Source of the DNA: Wolbachia endosymbiont of Drosophila innubila
GTDB lineage: Bacteria; Pseudomonadota; Alphaproteobacteria; Rickettsiales; Anaplasmataceae
Length of the DNA: 32,000 nt
Assembly: GCF_021378375.1 (NCBI RefSeq)
Contig: NZ_CP076228.1
Coordinates: 570,001 to 602,000 of the forward strand
Direction: 5' to 3'
Positions 21,454 through 28,662 of the stretch are shown in pieces. Made by a program: the position numbers and the translations under genes. Position 1 is the stretch's first letter; every line of letters begins with the position of its first letter. The notes under the pieces are model-generated. The model ran no database searches. It was given only the letters and a program-made list of their open reading frames with translations, and had not been told where the DNA came from.

Positions 21454-22653
21454 TCATGCAGATTTCATTTTATATAACACAATATTGCCAATAAAACGCC
21501 TAAACAAATAATGCGAATCATGCGTACCTGGCGCTTCTTCTGGATGATATTGCACAGAAAAGACTAGGTAATCTTTCATCATTATTCCCTCTACACTATT
21601 ATCAAATAGAGAAATGTGAGTAATTTCAACATTACTTGGAAGAGAAGCTGAATCAACAACAAAACCATGATTTTGGCTAGTGATCTCAACTTTTCCACTA
21701 ATTACATCATAAACTGGATGGTTACTCCCTCGGTGACCTATATCCATCTTGATGGTCTTTGCCCCCAAAGTAATCGCAAGTAATTGATGGCCCATGCATA
21801 TGCCAAAAATTGGTATTTTAGATTTTATAATAATGTCTATTTCTGAAACTACACTTTCTCCTATTTCTTGCGGATCACCAGGACCATTTGAAAGCACTAT
21901 ACCATCTGGATTCATACTCAACACTTTTTGAGCAAAACCTGTGCTTGGTCTGATTAATTCAACTGTACAACCAAGTTCTATTAAGCGTGAAATTATACTG
22001 ATTTTTACGCCAAAATCAACGATTACAATCCTATATTTTGCATTAAGGTCAATAGCTCTATCTGATGTCATTCCAGTGCGTGACACTGGAATCCATATAT
22101 TTTTTGCTGGATCCGAGTAGTCAGCTACTTGGATGACAAAGTGCTCCGCTAGTCTATTATTTTCAAAACTGTTATTTAAACTAACCTTATTAGTTATTTC
22201 TATCCCATTTACAGGTTTGTATTCCTTCAATTTGTCTAATGCATGCGCCTTACTCGATGAGCATATCATTCCATTTTGAGATCCATGTTCTCTCAAATGT
22301 CTTGTTAAAGCTCTAGTATCAACTCCTGATATCCCAATCACGTTATTTTTCTCTAACCAATCATTTAAACTGATATATGAAGAAGGGTGGGACATAGAAG
22401 AAAGTTCACGCATAACCACACCACTTGCAAAAATTTTCTTTCCTTCATTATCTTTATGATTTATTCCAATGTTACCAATATGAGGAAAAGTGAACGTTAT
22501 AATTTGATCGGCAAAAGAAGGATCAGTTATAGTATGCTGATAACCGGTCATACCAGTGGTAAAACAAACCTCGCCTATGCACTTGCCTTTTTTACCTACT
22601 GATTTTCCCCAAAAGCACTTGCCATCTTGTAAAATTAAAACTGCGTCCTGCAC
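21454..22653 (-). CDS. carA: Carbamoyl-phosphate synthase small subunit, with an in-frame palindromic repeat insertion
   Basis: TGMTGYQHTITDPSFADQIITFTFPHIGNIG...IPIFGICMGHQLLAITLGAKTIKM...QYHPEEAPGTHDSHYLF. Internal VIQVADYSDPAKNIWIPVSRTGMTSD looks foreign. Confidence 0.96.
   Translation of the reverse strand: MQDAVLILQDGKCFWGKSVGKKGKCIGEVCFTTGMTGYQHTITDPSFADQIITFTFPHIGNIGINHKDNEGKKIFASGVVMRELSSMSHPSSYISLNDWLEKNNVIGISGVDTRALTRHLREHGSQNGMICSSSKAHALDKLKEYKPVNGIEITNKVSLNNSFENNRLAEHFVIQVADYSDPAKNIWIPVSRTGMTSDRAIDLNAKYRIVIVDFGVKISIISRLIELGCTVELIRPSTGFAQKVLSMNPDGIVLSNGPGDPQEIGESVVSEIDIIIKSKIPIFGICMGHQLLAITLGAKTIKMDIGHRGSNHPVYDVISGKVEITSQNHGFVVDSASLPSNVEITHISLFDNSVEGIMMKDYLVFSVQYHPEEAPGTHDSHYLFRRFIGNIVLYKMKSA
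22066..22138. repeat. Wolbachia palindromic-element-like repeat inserted in frame in carA
   Basis: Contains the perfect 9-bp stem ATTCCAGTG-CGTGA-CACTGGAAT (22070-22092) and CTGGATCCGAGTAGTCAGCTACTTGGAT (22107-22134), identical to 31182-31209 in ppdK. Confidence 0.85.
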
Positions 22654-22858
22654 TTCATTATCTATTTAACTGATTCAAAACAGTATACAAGAATTTCAAA
22701 TAATACGTAACTCTTTCTAAAATTCCAAATTTAACCACGAAGCAGCAAAAAATAACATGAAAAACTTTTAATACAATCTTTCATATAAAATATATAGTTG
22801 ACTACCTTCATATTTCGTATTAGATATAGGTAAATCATAAGTAAAGTGGAGGGTAATA

Positions 22859-23353
22859 ATGAACACTGGTACAAATCAATCAAAAAAAATAAATGAGAAG
22901 TGGTTAGCTGGAGGAATTGGCGCGCTATTATTTGTAATGATGCTACCGTCGATTCTTCTTTTAGCAAAAATAGCTATAGGGCTAATTATGGTTTCAGTTG
23001 CAGCAATAGCGATAAAAGTTGCCTTAAAAACAATATCTAATGCTTTAGAGGATAAACAGGCAGATCAAAGCCAAGCGACGCAACAAACAACACAAAGTAA
23101 AATTATAAACCTGGCTATTGGATTAACATCTATATTCGTAGGAGGATTATCACTATTCATTATAGCACAAACTGGCTTAATTGCAGCATGTGCAGCTATA
23201 ACTGCTTTAGCTCTACACGAATATGTTAAAAATCAAGAAATAGGAAAAGAGATAAATGATAAATTCGATAAGGTAGCTGACGATACAATCAATTTTATTG
23301 TTAGCAGTGTTGAAAAACTTATTCCAACAAAGCCGCCAGGCATAACAGCCTAA
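22859..23353 (+). CDS. Hypothetical multi-pass membrane protein
   Basis: 164 aa with three hydrophobic segments; no recognisable family. Confidence 0.65.
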   Translation: MNTGTNQSKKINEKWLAGGIGALLFVMMLPSILLLAKIAIGLIMVSVAAIAIKVALKTISNALEDKQADQSQATQQTTQSKIINLAIGLTSIFVGGLSLFIIAQTGLIAACAAITALALHEYVKNQEIGKEINDKFDKVADDTINFIVSSVEKLIPTKPPGITA

Positions 23354-23519
23354 ACTGTCTCCGTTCAGGGCATAAGTGTTACAAGTAGCATTATATAAAG
23401 CGATTAATGGCATCCTCCTGATAATAGAATAATTGTATCTGTTCAGGGGCATCGCAAATATTGAAGCAAAAGTGGTCAGTACTTACTATACGAATATTGT
23501 GATTTGAATCCACTAGGGA

Positions 23520-23554
23520 GGATGTCATCCCAGTGCCCAGACACTGGGATCCAG
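23520..23554. repeat. Intergenic palindromic repeat
   Basis: GGATGTCATCCCAGTGCCCAGACACTGGGATCCAG with 9-bp stem ATCCCAGTG/CACTGGGAT (23527-23550). The 35 bp are identical to 28534-28568. Confidence 0.85.
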
Positions 23555-23647
23555 GAATTTTGATTAGAGATTAAATTGGTGAGTATAAAAGTAGCTAATC
23601 CTACGTTAAAATACAACGTTTTTAATGGGACTGCGTAAAAGGGCTGG

Positions 23648-23670
23648 ATTCCAGTGTCAAGCACTGGAAT
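23648..23670. repeat. Intergenic palindromic repeat
   Basis: ATTCCAGTG-TCAAG-CACTGGAAT, perfect 9-bp stem. Same stem sequence as the carA insert. Confidence 0.8.
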
Positions 23671-23773
23671 GACACCTTTGTGTTTGAGGCAAAACCTGCT
23701 ATAACATTTCTTCGCAAACAAACGTTCGTACAGTTATGTATCAGCTACTTTCATGGCACCATTTGTTGTAAAC

Positions 23774-24122
23774 TCACATTTCTCTATGATTATCTTTATT
23801 TGCCGCTTTCCCGAACGGATGCTCTACAGTTATTTCCTCATTAATAGAGCGAGGTGCACCGGAACCAGGTACAACGATATTCTCGTGCGATTGCATATCC
23901 TTCTTTTCCTCACATGGTGTTTGCTTAATGAAATGTGCTGCTAAAACTTCATGTAAAGCTTTACCTTTTATAAGCACAGCCTCGTTTTGCTTAGCTAACT
24001 CTAAAATTTTCTTTGGTTCAACATCTTTACCGTCAATAGTTGATTTTTTAATACTAACTTGACCTAAATTTATATTTAGAACAACAGTACAGTTAAGGTC
24101 TTTTCCAGATTCATCTTTTGGT
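23774..24122 (-). pseudogene. 3' portion of a hypothetical gene, interrupted by group II intron sequence
   Basis: The open frame extends upstream of the annotated Met: KDESGKDLNCTVVLNINLGQVSIKKSTIDGKDVEPKKILELAKQNEAVLIKGKALHEVLAAHFIK... It abuts group II intron sequence near 24122; exact boundary uncertain. Confidence 0.5.
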
Positions 24123-25227
24123 TAGGTAAGGAAGTAGTATGCTACTACTCCCTCCCTTAGAAACGCAGCATGCAGGTTTCTCCACACTACGCTTGAGCCC
24201 CTTATCTAAGTCCTTCTTTTCTCGAACCGGCTTGTCCTTCATGATTCCTCAGAAAACATCATTCTTAATGGTGACACCAACAGCAGAGAACCTTCTCTTG
24301 AGAAAGAGCTTGCTAACATTTTTGTTTGTTTCACTCTTTCATCAAAATACTTTTTCCATTTTAAGTCAAGTGGATTTGCATCCGCCCTGATTTTAACATG
24401 TCGTCTGATAGGTATATCAATCAACCTAAGCAGTCTTAAATACCTTATCTCTTTCGGTTTGTTCTTGCATATGGGTGCAGCAAAGACCCATTGGCGTTGT
24501 TTCATTACCTTGAAGTAACGATTCTTTATCCAACGTAATCCTTTACGAGGATGTCTTTTCTTTGCCCATTTCCATAGAGCACACATAATTTCATGGTCTA
24601 TTTTGTTAAAAGCTCTTTTCGCACACACATGGCTGTAGTAATTTTCCCATCCCCTTAATAGGGAATTGAGCAACTTGATTAGTACGGCCTGAGTGTTCGC
24701 TATGTTTGCCTTTTTATCAATGTACGTGCTTTATTAAGAAGTTTCTTAATACTTTCTTTTGAAGGTTTTATAATTAACTTCTTATTATACCTGCGTACAT
24801 TACAACCAAAAAGTCAAACCCTGTTGTAATAGATGTAATTTTGTTTTCTCTTCGGAAAGGATAAGACCTCTCTCCTGAAGAAAGGACGATACTAGAGGTT
24901 TTACTTCATTTTCCAGTACTTCACGTGTGATTCCTGAAATGATAAAGTCATCTGCGTACCTGATTACATTTACTCCACTTCTGATTTTGCTTCTTCTTTT
25001 ACTGCCAAGTTTACCAAATTGACTTTCCAATGATTTTTCAAGTCCATTTAGGGCTAGATTTGCTAGTATTGGAGAGATGATACTACCTTGTGGGGTACCT
25101 GCAGTTGTGGAATACAGAGTTTTTGATTCTAGGAAGCCAGCTTTTAACCAGCTATGAAGAATTTTCTTCTCCATAGGAATATGCTTCATGAGCCATTCAT
25201 GGTTAATGTTATCAAAACACCCTTTAA
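24123..25227 (-). mobile_element. 5'-truncated group II intron remnant
   Basis: Carries group II reverse transcriptase palm and maturase domains and is truncated by IS copy 2. The 3' end is placed approximately; domain V/VI was not confirmed. Confidence 0.75.
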
Positions 25228-25255
25228 GAGGTTGTCCGGAAACTAGTAAATTCAA
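24239..25255 (-). pseudogene. Group II intron reverse transcriptase/maturase, degraded (fragments 24239-24673 and 24800-25255)
   Basis: KGCFDNINHEWLMKHI, GTPQGSIISPILANLALNGLE, VIRYADDFIISG, LSEEKTK, then LLNSLLRGWENYYSHV...FDEREVKQTK-like maturase domain. Multiple frameshifts between fragments. The 25228-25255 part of the upper ORF is IS sequence. Confidence 0.9.
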
Positions 25256-25563
25256 GCATATTCCCTCTTTAACATAACCCTACTCATAGCTAGGTATATG
25301 AAATTCTCAGTGGATGTTGTGAGTAAATCATACTCCTTCGATAGCCTTCTATTCCTATTAACCCAAGCAAAAGTCCTTTCTACAACCCATCTTCTTGGCT
25401 GTACTTTAAACCCTTGTTCTCTTGTTGGTAGTAGCTCAGGTGGCGTATCTTTGTGCACCCAAAATCTACATGGAGGCCTTTTAACAATTTCAATATCTAT
25501 GTCATATTCTTCCTTTATGTGATTCTTTAAATTTCTTCCTTGGTATCCCATGTCAGCCCACAT
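25252..25563 (-). CDS. IS5-family transposase, ORF B
   Basis: Protein identical to 1459-1770. Confidence 0.9.
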   Translation of the reverse strand: MWADMGYQGRNLKNHIKEEYDIDIEIVKRPPCRFWVHKDTPPELLPTREQGFKVQPRRWVVERTFAWVNRNRRLSKEYDLLTTSTENFIYLAMSRVMLKREYA

Positions 25564-25702
25564 TTTTTAACTTTAGTATATTTTGTTCTCATATTGTTTA
25601 ATGCTATTTTAATACCATCTCTATCATTTTCGTTAGCAGCGCCTACGTAACAACCTAGTATAAAACCCTGAGTGTCTGTAATTATATGCCTTTTTCTACC
25701 CT

Positions 25703-26080
25703 TTACTTTTTACTTCCATCATAGCTTTGATCCCCCTTTTCTGTAGTCTTTACAGATTGACTATCTACTATACAGGCACTCGGCTGCTCATTCTTTCCTA
25801 TTTTTCTTCTACTATATTTTGTAATTTCATAATTCATTTTCTCAAAAATTCCCTGCTTCTTCCATTGCCTGAACTGCTCATACACAGTCTTCCATAGCGG
25901 AAAATCATTTGGTAAATACCGCCATTGACACCCTGTACGCAATACATAGAAAATTGCTTCTAATATTTCTTTTTTGCTATACTTTGGCAGCCTTCCTCCT
26001 TTCTTGTATGATACTCTGAAGTGTTTTTCTATTCTTGCCCATTCCCTTTCGCTTAGATCTGTTGGATACTTTTTTCTCAT
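25703..26080 (-). pseudogene. IS5-family transposase ORF A, truncated by frameshift
   Basis: Identical to copy 1 ORF A for 125 aa, then stops at GSKK* because an A-run has 5 rather than 6 bases. Confidence 0.88.
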
Positions 26081-26248
26081 CTTTACCCCGTACTAAAATT
26101 TCAGATATTATAGCCTTTTACTTGTTTCCGGACAACCTCTTAATAGATTTACAATACTAGAAAACATTTCACACCTCTATTGTTATAAGTAAACTTGATT
26201 ATATCTTAATGCTAAATGTTGTAAAGCTAAAATTAGAAACTAAAAAAG

Positions 26249-27199
26249 CTAACATAAGTTCTGCATTGTTTGCAGCTTTATCAGCTTATTAGGTAGAATT
26301 ATTAAAGAACTAGTTGAACATATGTTATCAACTCCATCCACAAGTTCTCCGCTTGTTACTCCAGTTGCAATAAACACTGATTCACCTCTTGCCATATCTT
26401 TTACGGTGTAGATTTTTTCTGGGTCATGGATATTTAAATTTTTTGCTCTTTCTTTTAATTGATCCGTGTCAAATATTAATCTTCCCTCCATCTGCCCACC
26501 GATTGAACTCAGCGCTGCAGCCGCAAGCACCCCTTCTGGTGCCCCTCCTATTCCGATATACATATCATGATTGCCATTTACTAGTGAAACTACGGCTGCA
26601 ACATCGCCATCATCTATTAGTTTAATTTTTGCTCCTAATTTCCTGATTTTCTCTATTAATTCATTGTGCCTTTCACGTTTAAGTACAGTTACCACGAGAT
26701 CATTCACTTTGCATTTTTTTGCCTTGGCTAAATTGTCTAGATTCTTTTCAATGCTATTTTTTAGTGAGACTACACCCTCTGGAAGATTTTTTCCTACTGC
26801 TATCTTTTCCATATAAACATCAGGTGCATGTAAAAAATTACCTTTTTTCGTTGCAGCAAGAACGGACATTGCCCCTGATTTGTAATGAGCACAAATCGTA
26901 GTGCCTTCAAGTGGGTCAACGGCAATGTCGATTTCAGGACCATTTCCAGTGCCAACCTTCTCGCCAATATATAGCATCGGCGCTTCATCTCTCTCACCTT
27001 CACCAATTACGATAGTACCATTTATTTCCATTGAATTTAATACTGTACGCATTGCATCAACTGCAACCTGATCAGCCTTTTTTTCATCGCCGAAGCCTGC
27101 TAGTTTATATGCAGCAAGTGCTGCAGCTTCGGTCACTTTAACTAATTTACAAGCTAAATCTTCCATCATTTGCTCGAGAATCATAAATAAAGAATCCAA
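26249..27199 (-). CDS. glpX: Class II fructose-1,6-bisphosphatase
   Basis: VTEAAALAAYKLAGFGDEKKADQVAVDAMR...GTIVIGEGERDEAPMLYIGE...VDPLEGT...IGIGGAPEGVLAAAALSSIGGQMEGRL. Confidence 0.96.
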   Translation of the reverse strand: MDSLFMILEQMMEDLACKLVKVTEAAALAAYKLAGFGDEKKADQVAVDAMRTVLNSMEINGTIVIGEGERDEAPMLYIGEKVGTGNGPEIDIAVDPLEGTTICAHYKSGAMSVLAATKKGNFLHAPDVYMEKIAVGKNLPEGVVSLKNSIEKNLDNLAKAKKCKVNDLVVTVLKRERHNELIEKIRKLGAKIKLIDDGDVAAVVSLVNGNHDMYIGIGGAPEGVLAAAALSSIGGQMEGRLIFDTDQLKERAKNLNIHDPEKIYTVKDMARGESVFIATGVTSGELVDGVDNICSTSSLIILPNKLIKLQTMQNLC

Positions 27200-27289
27200 T
27201 ATATATCATGCAACTTTAGACTGCAATATGTCTTGACTGGTTGTGGGAAAGTTGCTGTAATAAACTAACATATAGTAGTAGGTTTAGTT

Positions 27290-28578
27290 ATGGTATATAG
27301 TAATGATGATATTAGAGAGTTGTATCGAAAGATAGCTACAATTGTAAAATATGATGATAAGGGAATTGCTAGTCTTAAAGATTTGCAAAAGGAACCAAAG
27401 TGGAAAGAAGTTAATTTCCAAGATAAATGTGAAGGAGACAATTCATTAGAAGACTTACTTCTAAAACATGCAACCAAAAATAACAACACACGCGTTAAGG
27501 ATTTTCTCCTCCAAAATGGGTGTAAACCCCTTCAACAAGAGCAAATAACCGCAGCGATAAACAAGGAAGAAGAGGCACCTAATGTGGAAGAGAATAGAGC
27601 AGACAGTAATGAAGTAGATTCTAGTAACTCCATAAACCCTGGTATGACTGCTGAAGTACTTTACGGGCAACTAATACAAGGAAAAAAACAAATTCGGCAA
27701 TTTTTGACTCGTTTGCAAATGCTGTAAGAGAGTCCAATATTACCGGCGATCGTAGCGTATTTCTAGATGTTGTAAAATTGTTTACAGATTTAGATGCTGT
27801 AATCCATCTTACAGATACTGCTTCCAGGACTATATTGGATATAGCTGCAATAACAAAACAAGCTGACGTTGTTAAGGTACTTTTGGATAGTGGCAAATTT
27901 AATGAAGAAGAAAAATTGCATGCCTTGAATTCTGCTATTGTTCAAGGTAATGTCCAAGAAGTTGAGCTAATTTTAGGTTACGTGAGTCCTGCAAACAGGA
28001 AAGAGGCTTTAGAAGTGGCCATACAGGTAGGTAAAACTGAAATTGTTAATGCGTTCTTGAATAGTGGTAAGCTTAATGAAGAAAACAGAGCAAAACCTTG
28101 CAGCAGTAATGGGAACATTGGTAGTAGACCTATAGCAACAGTTCCTCTAACCAGTACCAATGGTGATAATCATAATAACAAAAACAAAACGCCTGTAATA
28201 CCAGAGGAAACAAATACTAAGCAAACTGCCACACCAAATAATGATAATAAAGCTAACGGCTTCGTAGATGCTCAATTTTCTATGCCAAATGAACAAGAAA
28301 CTAAATATAAAGAGAGCAAAAAGGATTTTTACACCTCATTGACAAAAGATGTTGTTGGAGTTGTTATTACAGGATTATTCATTACTGCTGCTGTAATGGT
28401 TCCATTTGTAGCTGGTGCAGTAGTTTGCAGTGTCATAGCTGCTTTGGTTGCAATATACACCGGGTTGCATGTAAAAAATTCTACATTATCAAGTTATAGG
28501 GAGATGAGAGAGAATGAAGTTGAACGTGTAACAGGATGTCATCCCAGTGCCCAGACACTGGGATCCAGAAAGCCATAA
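27290..28578 (+). pseudogene. Ankyrin-repeat-like protein with C-terminal transmembrane segments, split by a frameshift near 27682-27688
   Basis: ORFs 27290-27727 and 27778-28578 join in another frame (...LIQGKK-TNSAIFDSFANAVRESNITGDRSVFLDVVKLFTDLDAVIHLTD...). Ankyrin-like helices DIAAITKQADVVKVLLDSGK. Hydrophobic C-terminal region DVVGVVITGLFITAAVMVPFVAGAVVCSVIAALVAIYTGLHV. Confidence 0.75.
28534..28568. repeat. Palindromic repeat overlapping the 3' end of the ankyrin-like ORF
   Basis: 35 bp identical to 23520-23554. Encodes the terminal residues GCHPSAQTLGS. Confidence 0.85.
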
Positions 28579-28589
28579 TAAAAACTAGA

Positions 28590-28608
28590 TCCAGCGTCAC
28601 GCGCTGGA
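28590..28608. repeat. Short palindrome of related type
   Basis: TCCAGCG-TCACG-CGCTGGA, followed by AATGACACC as at 23669-23677. Confidence 0.65.
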
Positions 28609-28662
28609 ATGACACCCTCTGGTGGGCTCAAACCATATGAGTAGCCAACACTGCCACTATAC

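Larger units (their letters stand above)
25228..26139 (-). mobile_element. ISWpi1-like IS5-family insertion sequence (copy 2, inverted relative to copy 1)
   Basis: GAGGTTGTCCGGAAAC(T/A)AGTAAA inverted repeats. ORF A start (25703-26080) and ORF B (25252-25563) encode proteins identical to copy 1 over the shared parts. Confidence 0.93.

Noticed and set aside
23476-23721. Minus-strand ORF MFAKKCYSRFCLKHKGVIPVLDTGIQPFY...SWIPVSGHWDDILP
   Set aside because: It is mainly a read-through of two palindromic repeats (IPVLDTG and SWIPVSGHWDD are repeat translations) with no gene-like context.
24800-25255. Possible retron, DGR or defence-associated reverse transcriptase
   Set aside because: Motifs, TPQGSIISPILANLALNGLE plus YADD and a GIIM-like maturase domain, are those of a group II intron. 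No template repeat, msr/msd or effector gene seen.
23520-28617. Possible CRISPR repeats
   Set aside because: Palindromes are few, far apart and not regularly spaced, and no cas genes are present.
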